Notes: generated by a model not told the origin, from the letters alone. Positions 14,277 to 28,877 are shown, numbered from the stretch's first letter. The stretch: 64,000 nt of DNA from Octopus vulgaris (GCA_951406725.2 OX597832.1:28458001-28522000), one strand, 5' to 3'. Numbers and translations: made by a program.

Positions 14277-15381
14277 GAATAGAAGCGTTTATTGTGGCCG
14301 AACGTTTGTTACGTTTACAGAAAGAGGCGGCGAACCTGGCTCCATTCCGACACTGAGCACCAAAATAATACATCATTTCTTTTTTCTTTGTTCCCAGATA
14401 GCTATAAAGCAGACATAGTTAACATGTAACTGAGATTAAATTGGAATTTCCAAACAATACGCTTCTGTGCTGGAATGTCAAATTGTAACGAATATCACTC
14501 GTGTGAGCAGTATCTAGCCCAAAGCACACTCTCCTACAATGACAGTATGTGTTGTTTTATTAACGACGCTATGCTTCAGGGTTAGGTGACAAAGTAATGA
14601 GATTTTAAAGGAATTGGTGATTGTCAGTAATGCTTTAAACTTCCTCTTTAGGTCAACAGGTATTGTGATGCTGAGCTCGGAATAAAACCACATTTGAAAT
14701 GATGTAGTGACTTCGAAGGGACAAAGAGACTTTTGGTCAATATTAAGATATACCTATTTCTTTACTACCCACAAGGGGCTCAACACAGAGGGGACAAAAC
14801 AAGGACAGACAAAGGGATTAAGTCGATTACATCGACCCCAATGCGTAACTGGTACTTAATTTATTGACCCCGTAAAGATGAAAGGCAAAGTCGACCTCGG
14901 CGGAATTTGAACTCAGAACGTAGCGGCAGACGAAATACAGCTAAGCATTTCGCCCGGCGTGCTAACCATTCTGCCATCTCGTCTGCCAGTTCGTCGCCAA
15001 TGTTAAGATATATCGTTGCATGAGTGTATACAATGAGTATGGTGACAGGCATGGATGTGGAGTAAAGGAGTTCGATTCCCAGTCACGTGGGTGTTGGTTC
15101 GATCCTCATTCGAGGAGCTCTTTATGCCATTGATTCGAATTGAACAGTTCCTGGTGAGAGGACACTGATAGACGGAAACTGTACGGAATCCCATCGTATG
15201 TGTATATGTATGAGTGTATGCGTGTGCTGTGTGTGTGTCTCTCTCTATATGTATGTATGTATGTGCGTACGTACGTATGTATGTATGTACGAATATACGT
15301 ATATATGTGTGTGTGTCTGTGTGTGTGTATTTATGCATGTATCTACGTACACACACAGACACACACACACACATACACATA

Positions 15382-15414
<33 letters not shown>

Positions 15415-15503
15415 GGAGAGTTTACGAAAAAACCAAAGGACGAAGATAAGCGGTGTACAAAACAAACAGATGTATTAGTATAACCCTCAGGAATAGAAAA
15501 AGG

Positions 15504-15539
15504 CTTTTACGTTTCGAGCCTACGCTCTTCTACAGAAAG
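15504..15539 (-). ncRNA. Hammerhead-like variant motif (related copies at 4384-4419 and 11545-11580, minus)
   Basis: cttt-CTGTAGA-a-gagc(gtag)gctc-GAAAC-GTA-aaag; core deviates from CUGANGA. Confidence 0.4.
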
Positions 15540-16080
15540 GGACACAGAAAAAAAAACAAAGAGAGAAACAAGGATATATATATATATATATATGTATATT
15601 CGCATTAATCAGCTTGTATCGATAGTAATTGTAAATGTGTGTTAATGTTGACATAATACTTTAATGATTATGGTTGTCCTTATTTCGCTTTGTTTAGATT
15701 CTCGCAGCGTCGCCTAAAGTAAATATTAAACTTACCTTAATAGGTGTTCATCGGTATTCATGAGTGGCGTTTAATGCGATGGACAATTAATTAAATGAAA
15801 TTAGAGACTGGCAAAGGATTATTTATGCAAAATCACCTGGAATGATTAGTAGAAGCCATTAGTGGCTGTCAATAGCTTTAAGCCATAGTCGTGTCGGTTG
15901 AGAGAGAGAGGGGGGGAGAGAGAGAGAAAGAGAGGGAGAGAGAAAGAGAGAGAAAGAGAGAGAATGAGAGAGAGAAAGAGAAAGAGAGAGAGAGAAAGAG
16001 AAAGAGAGAGAGAGCGAAAGAGAGAGAAAGAGAGAGAAAGAAAAAGAAAAAGAGAGAGAGAAAAAAAGAGAAAGAGAGAA

Positions 16081-16111
<31 letters not shown>

Positions 16112-16344
16112 GAAAGAGAGAGAGAGAGAGAAAGAAAGAAAGAGAGAGATAACGAGAGAGAGAGAGAGAGAGAGGAAGGGGCGAAAGGGAGAGTGAGATA
16201 CTTTAACGTTTTGATGGGTGAACCAAGATGAAGTTGTTTAACATTTGACGGCGGTTCCACGAATATTATTAAATATGGTCATTCTGGTGGCTTTGTCTGT
16301 GAGAATGTGATGGTTTTTGTCTGCAGGAATATGGCCGTTTATAA

Positions 16345-16761
16345 GGCGGCGAGCTGGCAGAAACGTTAGCACGCCGGGCGAAATGCTTTGCGGTATTTCG
16401 TCTGCCGCTACGTTCTGGGCTCAAATTCCGCCGAGGTCGACTTTGCCTTTCATCCTTTCGGGGGTCGATTAAATAAGTACCAGTTACGCACTGGGGTCGA
16501 TATAATCGACTTAATCCCTTTGTTTGTCCTTGTCTGTCCCCTCTGTGTTTAGCCCTTTGTGGGTAGTAAAGAAATAGGTATTTCGTCTGCCGCTACGTTC
16601 TGAGTTCAAATTCCTCCGAGGTCGACTTTGCCTTTCATCCTTTCGGGGTCGATTAAATAAGTACCAGTTACGCACTGGAGTCGATATAATCGACTTAATC
16701 CGTTTGTCTGTCCTTGTTTGTCCCCTCTGAGTTTAGCCCCTTGTGGGTAGTAAAGAAATAG
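16345..16761 (+). mobile_element. tRNA-derived SINE family A, full copy + tandem partial copy
   Basis: GGCGGCGAGCTGGCAGAA head, B-box GTTCAAATTCC. Other copies at about 10385-10597, 14754-14985, 21750-21907, 25712-25896, 30608-30840, 33121-33330, 38440-38800, 40516-40663, 50150-50757. Confidence 0.85.
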
Positions 16762-17632
16762 GAATATAGACGCTTTGTTTACCTGAACATGGTGGAATTG
16801 TTTCAATAGAACATGGATTGCAATAATTTAGTGGTTCTGTCTAAATGATAATGGCAAGATTGCTTGCAGGAATATGGTGGTTTTGTCTGCAAAGATTTGT
16901 TAGCTTTATCTACAAGAATGTATTGGTTTTGTTCACAAGAATTCGTGCTATTGTCTGCAAGGATGTGGAGAGAACGATTTACCAAAGTGTTTAATTTGGC
17001 AGAAAAAGAGGATGCAATCTGCTGTTGGATGCGAATAAGAATCTGCTTCTTCTCTGCTACCAAACAAAAAAATTTTTTTTGCTTGTTTGCTGTCTTGCCA
17101 GAATTCCTATTTGCAGACGAATATTTTCCAAATAACAATTGTAGGTAACTTCTACCAGACAGGCTTAGAATCGGTAAAGCATCGAAATAAATGCCGTGCG
17201 ATATATGTTCCAGTTCTTTACGTTCTCGGTTCAAACCCTGCCATGGTCATCTTTGCCTTTCGTTCTTTCGGGGTCGATGAGATAAAGAAACAGTCAAGTC
17301 TCGTGGCATTGAAGTAGTCGACAAACTCATTCCTTCTCAAACTTGCGGGCCCTGTGCTAAAATTTGAGACAATTGTCATTGTTGTTGTTACTGTTGTTGT
17401 TGTTGTTATTATTATTATCATTTTTTTTTCTTCTTCTTCTTTCAAATTTGCTTCCATTTCTTGCCGAGTGTCTTCCCGACTCCTAGGGCAAAGAAACTCA
17501 TAGTATACATTGGTAGGCCATTAAACTAAACTCAATAGTTCGTTCATTTTTTTTAAAGTTAAATTAAAATACATGGGTAGTAATAGTTCTCACATCGACA
17601 ATGCTCTATTATTATTATTATTATCATTATCG

Positions 17633-17678
<46 letters not shown>

Positions 17679-17778
17679 CATTATTATTATTATTATTCTA
17701 TGTTTGACTTTTGCTTTATATTTGTACAAGTTGGCTCCAAGTCTCACCCAGAGACCTCAAGAGACAACAGGTTGGAAG

Positions 17779-17871
<93 letters not shown>

Positions 17872-17893
17872 GTTATTATTATTATTGTTATTA

Positions 17894-17931
<38 letters not shown>

Positions 17932-18348
17932 GTTATTATTGTTATTATTATTTATTGTTTCTCTTTCACTTCCCGACATTATACTTATCTTTTTGTTTCC
18001 CGATCTTTTGTATTTGAACAGCTTCGACATTTCCATTTTATTCATTATTTATTTTTATTTTTCGAATAGATCTGATGGAATTGATATATCGATTAGGAGA
18101 CAGTTTTTGTCCGGATAGTCTTTGATTATTCTATCTGTGGTCAATTTGCCTCCTTCGTCTCAATGTCTGAAATATATTGATATCTTCCCGAATACGGTCA
18201 CTCGGCGTCTTTCTCCGAGACCTTTTCTGCTCTCTGTACGTCTTTCCTGTAGCTACTTCTTCATCATCATCATCATCGTCATCGTCATCGTCGTCGTCGT
18301 CGTCGTCGTCCGCAGACGAACACCATCGACCACTTGTCTCCAAAACTC

Positions 18349-18381
<33 letters not shown>

Positions 18382-18419
18382 GTATCTCTCTCTCTCTCTC
18401 TTTCTCTTTCTCTCTCCCC

Positions 18420-18770
18420 TGTATTGGGCCGTTCTTCAGTAGGCCGGAGTCTTCAGCCAATTGGTCAATAAATGTCCGAGCAGGACAACTCCCCCTTCCT
18501 GGGAAGCTTTCCGTGTGTTGGTTCCCACAATCATCATTCAAGTCATTATTTGATTCTTTTTACGAAACCAGTTTCCACAGAATCTCAATCATCTTACCTT
18601 TATGGTGCAGGTAACTCTTTGAGTATTACCCTAATAATGGCTCTAATTTCTTGCATGGAATTGCCGTTTGATGTTAAATGTTGTTCCCAGAAGTCTTGAG
18701 TATTTCCATCTAGTTTTCTTTCCAATGTGTTAGAGTCCAAGGGTTCCTTACTCTACAAAGCCTCAACTCT
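18420..18770 (-). mobile_element. Decayed RTE LINE fragment
   Basis: Minus-strand remnant GRGSCPARTFIDQLAEDSG, like RTE C-termini; boundaries approximate. Confidence 0.55.
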
Positions 18771-18972
18771 GCTTGGGTTATGTCTATATATATATATATG
18801 TGTATATATAGGCGCAGGAGTGGGTATGTGGTAAGTAGCTTGCTTACCACCTACATGGTTCAGAGTTCAATCCCTCTGCGTGGCACCTTGGGCAAGTCTC
18901 TTCTATTATAGACTCAGGCCGACCAAAGTTTTGTGAGTGGATTTGGTAGGCGGAAACTGGAAGAAACCCATT

Positions 18973-19011
<39 letters not shown>

Positions 19012-19961
19012 ATGTATGTATGTATGTATGTATGTATGTGTGTATGTACGTATGTATGTATATATGTATGTATGTATGTATGTATGCATGTGTGTATGTG
19101 TATGTATGTATGTATGTATGCATGTATGTATGTATGTATGTATGTATGTATGTATGTATGTATGTATGCATGTATGTACGTATGTACGTATGTATGTATG
19201 TTTGTATGTTTGTATGTATGTATGTATGTATGCATGCATGCATGTGTATGTATGTATGTATGTATGTATGTATGTATGTATGTATGTATACATGCATGTG
19301 TATGTATGTATGTATCTGTGTGTGTGTGTATGTATGTATGTATATGTAGGTATATATTTGTGTGTCTGTGCAAATGGGATTTTTGCAAAACTAAAAATGG
19401 CAACGGGGATCCAGTCGAGCAAAACAGGAATCGTAGGGGTCCATACGTTAAAAAAAAAAGGGGGCTGAGAATCACTGGTCAGTGGCGAACATCTGGAAAC
19501 AGGAAGTGGACAACCGGAGTATTATTCTATTTGGCTGCAAAAAGGGTATTAGGGCGAGGTGGCCACGGTATGGGTGATGACATGGTGGTAGCAGTGATAG
19601 AGGCAGTAATGAAGATGGTGGTGGGAATGGCGATGCTGGTGGTGGCTGTAATGGTGGTGACGGTGGTGGTGGAGGTGACGGTGACGGTGGTGGTGGTGGT
19701 GGTGGTGGTGGTGGTGGTGGTCAAGTCAGAAAGCCCCCCCCCCAACCGCTGACACTTAAAGGAGGAAAGCGTGAAAGAAAAGGCAGACGTGCAATAGTTC
19801 AGCCGAATCCATTGACTGGTTACAAGTTTGAACCTTCCATTGGCAGAAACTGTGTTAAAACATTCAGTAAGAAGTCATTAATTTGTACATTTATGTCATG
19901 GAACGTCGTCGTATCTGCGTGTCGTCACTGATCTTATACACACAGCTGCTAGGATGATGTA

Positions 19962-20049
<88 letters not shown>

Positions 20050-20378
20050 TATATATACACACATATAGATATAGATATAGATATAGATATTGGTATATGT
20101 TTACATACACATACACACACATACATACATATATACACACTCATATACATACATACACACATACATACATATATATGCACACACATATACATACATACAC
20201 ACATACATATACATATATATATATATATATATATACTCACACATATACATACACACATACATAACATACATATATATATATATATACACGCACACACACA
20301 TACACACATACATACATATATATACACACACATATATACATACATACACACATATACATACATACACACATACATATA

Positions 20379-20445
<67 letters not shown>

Positions 20446-21585
20446 ATATATACACGCACACACACATACACACATACATACATATATATACGCACATACA
20501 TATACATACACACAGGCACACACATACATGCACACACATAGTTGTTGATATGATGGTTTATAATGTATACAGTTGTGATATGGACATCTCGAGATAAAAC
20601 TTTGTCACAAACCACCACCACCACCACCACCACCACTATTGTCGCCGCCGCCGTAGTCATCTTCGTCTCCACCGCCACCACCGCCGCCGCTGCTGTCACC
20701 ACCATCACCACCTCCAATTCCTCCATCATCATCAACAACAGCAACAACAACAACGACAACGATAACGATGATGACAATTCAAGAAAATACAAATGACTTG
20801 TTACCAAGGCAACAGAACCGAACGGTAGGCGGAGAATGCAATAACCAAGTTGGGGTGGGGGGTGAGTGGGGTGAGTGGGAGGGTTGTGTTGTTAGAGAGT
20901 GGCGTATGTGGAAGGGATGCTGGCGGTGGAGAGCTTTTAGCATGTGTGTGGGGGGTGAGGCTAGGGGAGTGTAGGGGTGGTGGGTGTGACGGTATGTTGA
21001 GTGGTTCGGGTGGTGGGGAAGTGGTGTTGATACGGTTGTTGGTGACAGCGATGATGATGATGGTAGTGGTTGTGGTGGTGGTGGTGGTGGTGATGATGGT
21101 GGTGGTGATGATGGTGGTAATGGTGAGGGTAGTGGTTGTGGTGGTGGTAGTAGTGGTGGTGGTGGTAGTGGTTGCGGTTGCGGTTGTGATTGTGGTGGTG
21201 GTGATGATGGTGGAGCTGATGAGGGTGATGGTAATGGTAATGGTAGGTTGTGGTGGTGGTGGTGGTGGTGGTGAACAGTAGTAGGGTGGTGAAGATGTCG
21301 AGTATCACCCTCAACATCATTTGTCAAAGTTGGTCATTAGTATTTAGTTACCACCACCACCACCACCACCATGCCTTTCCCCCGCCCTCCACCGCCGTCT
21401 CTTATCCTCTCCGTCAATTTATTCTTCTCATGTCCTCATGCTCCTGAATATTTCTCTCCGGTTCAGTTTCTATGGCAATCATGGACTAACGACCCCGACC
21501 CCCGGGTTAAGAATATCTTCAAAACATCTCTGTGAGGATCCCACCTCTATACTACTGATCAACATCGGAGACACATTTATCCCCA

Positions 21586-21658
<73 letters not shown>

Positions 21659-21937
21659 TGCTAATACATTAAGATCCACAAATACTTATGCACCCGCATA
21701 CACATGCACAGACAAAAATATTGGCTTCGAATTTTGGCACAAGGTCAGCATACATCGACCTCCAGTATTTGGATGGTACTTAATTTATCGACCTCGAAAG
21801 GATGAAAGTCAAAGTCGGCCTCAGCGGAATTTGAACTCGGAACGTAAAGACGGACGAAATGCCGCTAAGCATTTTGCCCGACGTGCTAACGATTCTGCCA
21901 GCTCACCGTTTGTAAACCGAGGTTCCACTGTGTGTGT

Positions 21938-21988
<51 letters not shown>

Positions 21989-22511
21989 GGATTCTCTCTT
22001 AGTGAACATCAGATGAGGGTTCCAAAAAATAAAGCAGTAATCATACTCTATGGACACGAATGTGTCCCTTAAGGCCTGCTGGTGCCTTGCAAACCTTTCG
22101 GCGAAGGGAACAAATTGAGGGGTCAGTTCGTTCGAATGCATGTAGATAATTTACTATGTTTTCTTCAGTGGATGGCAAGGTTGGCTTTGCTTCCAGCCAC
22201 AAAACCACAATGACAGATTAAGGTAACACACACACACACACACACACACACGCACGCACGCACGCACACACGCACGCACATGTACATGTACATATGTATA
22301 CACACAAATATAATGCAGATGTACACGAGGGGTAATGTTGTAATACCACCTTCGGGATTCGATCGCCGAGTCTGCCATAAACGGTGTAACCATGCTAACC
22401 ACTACACCAAAGCGACATCATTATTTTGACTGTCCAGGCGGACGTGTGTGCATAATTGCTTGTTGTGTTGGTATTTATAGACTTAACAACATGTATGTAT
22501 ACGTGTATGAT

Positions 22512-22574
<63 letters not shown>

Positions 22575-22776
22575 GGGAGTATATCCAAACTTACAGGGAA
22601 AAATTATATTTAGGATTAAATCAAATTTCACAGTATAAATATAAATTAAATTAGAGATAAAACCACTATTAGGCAAATCAAACAGTGATATAAATTATAT
22701 TTGTTTTTTATGTTTTTGTTTTATGTCTATCACTGTTTGAGTTGCCTAATAGTGTGTTTTCTTTAATTTAATTTAT

Positions 22777-22839
<63 letters not shown>

Positions 22840-23215
22840 CATACATACATACATACATACATGCATACATACACACATACATACATACATACATACATAC
22901 ATACATACATACATACATACATACATACATACGTACGTACATTTCTATGTATATATATTCAGAGAGAGAGAGAGAGAAAGAATGGAGGAGGAGGAGGGGT
23001 AGGAGGAAGAGGAGGAGAGAATGTGTGAGAATGTCTGAGAATGAAGAGATGGAAATACTAGCTTATTTATGTCCCAGATTCTCATCAGATTGCTATACTT
23101 CCATATGAAGTAAGTCTTGTTTCGAGTTAAAACGCTGAAATAATGAATTCTTCATAAATGGTGCCAGACCTTCTGCAGAACTTCGGATTCAATAGCGTCA
23201 TTCACACAGACAGAA

Positions 23216-23258
<43 letters not shown>

Positions 23259-23354
23259 CAGGGGTTGTACAAAATAATGGAAACACCATTCTGTTGGGTA
23301 TGGGGAAGCTTAAAATACGATCGATTAACTTGAGAAAGTACCATCAATAAATAA

Positions 23355-24575
23355 CACTGATCAACAAAATTAAATGTATTAGACTCATTATGAATGCAAA
23401 CCAACTTTTTTAGACTAATTATTTACGCTGATTTTGAAATTTCACTCCATTTGAATGCAACACGTATCAGTTTTTCAGTAGATACATGCAAATATTTGCA
23501 TATTTGTATATATGAAATCATTAATGTAATAAATACGGGGATTATTTTGAGAAAGTAAATGAGTTTATTGAGTTGAAAATCAACACTATCATTCTACAAG
23601 AGTGAATACACAAAGAATGGGTTAGACAAAACAGATAAAGTTAGAACAACTGAGATAGAAACATTGTGATCTGGATTTCCTGTTGTATTCCTGATCTGGT
23701 TGATCACGTTAAATTGTCCAGCAGTAGTCAGCCAGCATTCTGTGATTCCAGAAGCCTTGGCACCGTTTCTCCATTGCACTAATATCCAGGGGAAATCTTT
23801 TACCATGTCCATCAGACACTGCCCCAAGGTTATCTGCGAAGAAATCCAGATGAGAGTCCAAGAAGATTTTCTTCATAGAAAATCCTGTGACATTTACTTT
23901 GCAAAAACAACAGTCATTAAAGTGGTCTTTCGGCTCCATTGGAATGGCAAAAAGCGTGGACTTATTGAATCAGTCACGCAAGCCATTTGAGCAAGCAGAG
24001 CAGATAAAATGTGGTGCCCATAACTTGTCCTGATCTCCAAGAGGACAGTCAAAGTATAGCTTATAAATCTTCTTCATCTCTGGTGTTATTGTACGTTTTT
24101 GAGCCTTCACAATAAATTGTCCACAGAATTTAAAACGAACCCCACATCAGGACGATTTCTACACTGTCTTCACATTAGGAAGTCGATACAAACGGTTATA
24201 CTTATATTGAATTTAAGATGGTGAAATATTTCATCCGACCAATTATGACTTGACAATCTGAGATGTTGAAATTGCTATTTCATCAGACAAAACTTGATTG
24301 GTTAATATAAGATCTTGAGATATTGCATCTGACCTATGCAGCGATGAATAATGCAGTTTATTTAAAAGGTGTGCTTCCATGATGTCAATGAAATGCATGC
24401 ATACGCGTCATTAATTGGAATTTGTATAAAATGCGTGAGCTAAAACCCCAAAACTTTCTCATCTTGAGAATTGTACGTGATGTCAAAAAACTAATTGTAT
24501 ATTTGAAATCAGCATTAAAAACTACACTAAGCACACCTTGACATAAGCTTGATGAATAATACTTGTTGACCAGTG
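23355..24575 (-). mobile_element. Internally deleted DNA transposon, probably Chapaev3-type, with transposase remnants
   Basis: TIRs CACTGATCAACAA / TTGTTGACCAGTG; minus-strand remnants KIYKLYFDCPLGDQDKLWAPHFICSAC, EPKDHFNDCCFC and SHLDFFADNLGAVSDGHGKRFPLDISAMEKRCQGFWNHRMLADYCW. Family assignment from recalled motifs. Confidence 0.72.
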
Positions 24576-24841
24576 TGATTGATCAAACTTGGTTATTTTG
24601 CGTTTCTAATACAATGTCTTTGATCTAATTTTCTTTTACTTGTTTCGGTCGTTCGACTCTGGTCAAGCTGGAGCACCGCCTCTAGCCGAAGAAATCGACC
24701 CCCAGGACTTATTATTTGTAAGCCTAGTACTTATTCTATCGGTGTCTTTTTCCCGAACCGCTAAGTTACGGGGACGTAAACACACCAGCATCGGTTGTCA
24801 ATCTATGGTAGGGAGACAAACACACACACACACGCACGTAC

Positions 24842-24907
<66 letters not shown>

Positions 24908-26300
24908 ACAAGTAAATATATTTCGCGAGGAACAGTATTGAAAATAACACCAATATTTCGGTTTTAACGAAAGGCAAGACCAGTCGAGAGTAATTGTGAA
25001 TGAGAACCAATAATTATTACCGAAAAGACGTAAGAAATTCCATTTTCATCTTAACCAAATGGACAAGAATACGACAAAGATGCCTGCAGAACCAAATTAA
25101 CATCTCTTTCCGAGTAGATGCTGCCAAGTCAGTCTGTCAAGAATTCTATAGAATCAAATTTAATTGTAGAGCAGCTGCTATTGCTAAACTTGTTCTGCCA
25201 GACAATTTTTGCGAAGTTCTAAAAATGATGTAATCGGTACAACAGACGAACAATGGTGGAATTGAGAGATGAAGGTTTGTTAGATATGGACATCATTCGA
25301 TTTGCTTCTAGCTTTTGGTAGGGTTTTGTCGGTGGAGAACATATCAAGCCAGTCTTTGGTTATCAATGTTCGACCTTAGGCATAATGGTGTGGTGGAGTA
25401 GAGGCGGTGGTAATAGTGGTGATGGTAAAGGTGATGGTGGTGGTGGTGGTGGTGGTTATGGTGGTTGGTGGTGGCGGTGGTGGTGGTGGTGGTGGTGGTG
25501 GTGGTGATGGTGGTGATGGCGGTGTTGGTGTTGCTGTTGTTGTTGGTGGTGGCGGCGGCGATGGTTGGGTGGTGGGTGGTGATGGTGATGGTATTGGTGT
25601 TAATTTTGGTAACGGTGGTGGTAGTGGTGGTTGGTGGTTGTGGTGGTGGTGATGATGATGATGATGATGATGATGGCGGTGATGGTGATGGTGGTGATGG
25701 GTATGCCCAGCGATATTTCGTCTGCCGTTACGTTCTGAGTTCAAATTCCGCCGAGGTCGACTTTGCCTTTCATCCTTTCGGGGTCGATAAAATAAGTACC
25801 AGTTACGCACTGGGGTCGATATAATCGACTTAATCCGTCTGGCTGTCCTTGTTTGTCCCCTCTGTGTTTAGCCCCTTGTGGGTAATAAAGAAATAGGTGG
25901 TGATGGGTATGGTGGTGGTGTTGGTGGAAATATAAGGATTCGAACACTCAACATCATGGCACTCTCGATCCTGTAGAGCATTACATCAATGTCGACAATT
26001 TAGTTATTTTAGTGTTAACCCTATTCTAGTTTTTAATAAATATGTCTAATTTCTTATAACCCAGTTCCTGGCCCCTAATTTAGCCATAATTTTTGTAATC
26101 TATCACTATTTTGGTCGAGGAACGAGGGTGGAAAACTTGTTATCCATTCCTGTAAGTCGTAATAAAAATGCATGAAAAACTTTGGGGAGAGCTTCGGCCA
26201 TATTAAGGACCCGTTGGCGCTTGATTGCTTTTCACTCTGGACAGGGGTAGTAATAGGTTTTAACGTGGCACTTCCAAAGTTCCAAGCTCACTTAATGAAG

Positions 26301-27366
26301 GTACCAGTTTTACTTTCAACGTACCAGGTTCACTTCTTTAAGGTACCACTTTCACTTCATTGCACGTACCACACTTACTTTCAACGTACCAGGTTCATTT
26401 CTTTAAGGTACCACTTTCACTTCATTGCACGTACCACATTTACTTTACGCGTACCAGGTTCATTTCTTTAAGGTACCACTTTCACTTCATTGCACGTACC
26501 ACATTTACTTTCAACGTACCAGGCTCACTTCTTTAAGGTACCACTTTCACTTCATTGCACGTACCACATTTACTTTAAACGTACCAGGTTCACTTCTTTA
26601 AGGTACCACTTTCACTTCATTGCACGTACCACATTTACTTTAAACGTACCAGGTTCACTTCTTTAAGGTACCGCTTTGACTTCATTGCACGTACCACATT
26701 TACTTTCAACGTACCAGGTTCACTTCTTTAAGGTACCACTTTCACTTCATTGCACGTACCACATTTACTTTCAACGTACCAGGTTAACTTCTTTAAGGTA
26801 CCTCTTTCACTTCATTGCACGTACCACATTTACTTTCAACGTACCAGGTTCACTTCTTTAAGGTACCACTTTCACTTCATTGCACGTACCACATTTACTT
26901 TAAACGTACCAGGTTCACTTCTTTAAGGTACCGCTTTGACTTCATTGCACGTACCACATTTACTTTCAACGTACCAGGTTCACTTCTTTAAGGTACCACT
27001 TTCACTTCATTGCACGTACCACATTTACTCTCAACGTACCAGGTTCACTTCTTTAAGGTACCTCTTTCACTTCATTGCACGTACCACATTTACTTTAAAC
27101 GTACCAGGTTCACTTCTTTAAGGTACCACTTTCACTTCATTGCACGTACCACATTTACTTTAAACGTACCAGGTTCACTTCTTTAAGGTACCGCTTTGAC
27201 TTCATTGCACGTACCACATTTACTTTCAACGTACCAGGTTCACTTCTTTAAGGTACCACTTTCACTTCATTGCACGTACCACATTTACTTTCAACGTACC
27301 AGGTTCACTTCTTTAAGGTACCTCTTTCACTTCATTGCACGTACCACATTTACTTTCAACGTACCA
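26301..27366. repeat. 65-bp tandem satellite, 16 full units (26321-27360), with a 260-bp higher-order period
   Basis: Unit GTACCAGGTTCACTTCTTTAAG-GTACCACTTTCACTTCATTGCAC-GTACCACATTTACTTTCAAC. Confidence 0.97.
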
Positions 27367-27841
27367 CTTGGCCGAGCCGTGGATTGCACGGATGTATTTT
27401 TATTTCTGCTTCATAATTAAAGAAAAAAATTTAACATAACCGTTATCTAATATCAGTGCAGTGTTTCATTATCTGAAGTGGCGGAAATAAACCCTGAATA
27501 TACGAATAACACTCTTCCGGTTAATTGACATGTTTTATAGAAGAATAAAAAAATAAGAACATTGAAGAGACTTGGTCAGTTTCCGAACCAAAATACACAG
27601 AAATGTGGGAAACTTGCAATGGTTTGTGCACATCATGAATACGGTTATGTCCCCACACCCCGTTACTTACACTTCAGCAAGAACCTCTTTTAAATCGCTT
27701 CTTTTTTTTTCTTTCTTTCAGGGCATGCATCAATCACCCCACCCAACAATCTTACTGAATCAAAGATTCATAAACTTTCTCGAGGCCTGACGTTGAATTA
27801 AGAGAAGTAGTAGACAAATTCTTCGCCAAACTTGTTGCTGT

Positions 27842-27962
27842 CTTCTTCTTCTTCTTCTTCTTCTTCTTCTTCTTCTTCTTCTTCTTCTTCTTCTTCTTCT
27901 TCTTCTTCTTCTTCTTCTTCTTCTTCTTCTTCTTCTTCTTCTTCTTCTTCTTCTTCTTCTTC
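27842..27962. repeat. Pure (TTC)n, about 40 units, the tail of a minus-strand family C element
   Basis: Direct reading. Confidence 0.95.
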
Positions 27963-28754
27963 CAATCAGGACTCACGCCATTAGCCACAAAGAATATTCT
28001 CTAATACTAAGAATGCGTGTGGCAACTTGAAGATCTACCCACCACCCGCGATAAACTGGCGGTTGCACGGGCGCGAAAGCTACGTTGTTATCCTCATTCC
28101 GTAACGGTGGCTTTTAGCGGGTGGAGAGCTGAACCGTCCTGGGGTACAGAGGATCCGCAATCTAAACTAGGGTCTGAAAGTTTACCACACCGTAGTGGGT
28201 TACACCATGGTTCCTCTGCTTTGTGGCAGAAGTAGGAGGAAAGAGTGAGAGAAAATTGTGGTGAAAGAGAACAGCGGGGTTAACCCCCCCATCCTCCGCC
28301 AGAGCCTCGTGGAGCTTAGGTGTTTTTGCTCAATAAACACTCACAATGCCCGGTCTGGGAATCGAAGCCGCATTCTTACGACCGCAAGTCCGCTGCCCTA
28401 ACCACTGGGCCAATATTCAAATATCAAAATTAAGTTTCAAAGCAGTTTTTTTGTTAAAAAGACAAGAAGTTTATCTTTTCTGTCCATCGTAGAACAAAAG
28501 ATCAAACGACGACATGCTAAAGTGACGATACGGTTTCAATTCCCAGGGGTGACCAACAACACTTCATTTATACAAAACAATGAAGAAGAGTGGACGGCGT
28601 TAGATCGATGTCTGGTCTTGAGAGACAAGTGGACGGTCTTCGGGCGAAGTTGAATACCCAGGAGGACGAATTAATTGTTGTGGGGGGGGGGGAGTGAAGA
28701 AATAATCGATGATTGGGCCATTACTCTATTTCTTTGATGTCATTATGTAACCAA

Positions 28755-28787
<33 letters not shown>

Positions 28788-28839
28788 CACTACTACTACC
28801 ACAACCACCACTACCACCACCACCACCACCACCACTACA

Positions 28840-28877
<38 letters not shown>

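Noticed and set aside
26301-27366. Regular array resembling CRISPR, and repeated ORFs MTSLHVPHLL
   Set aside because: No unique spacers, no cas genes, eukaryotic context; a 65-bp unit is not a multiple of 3. It is a tandem satellite.
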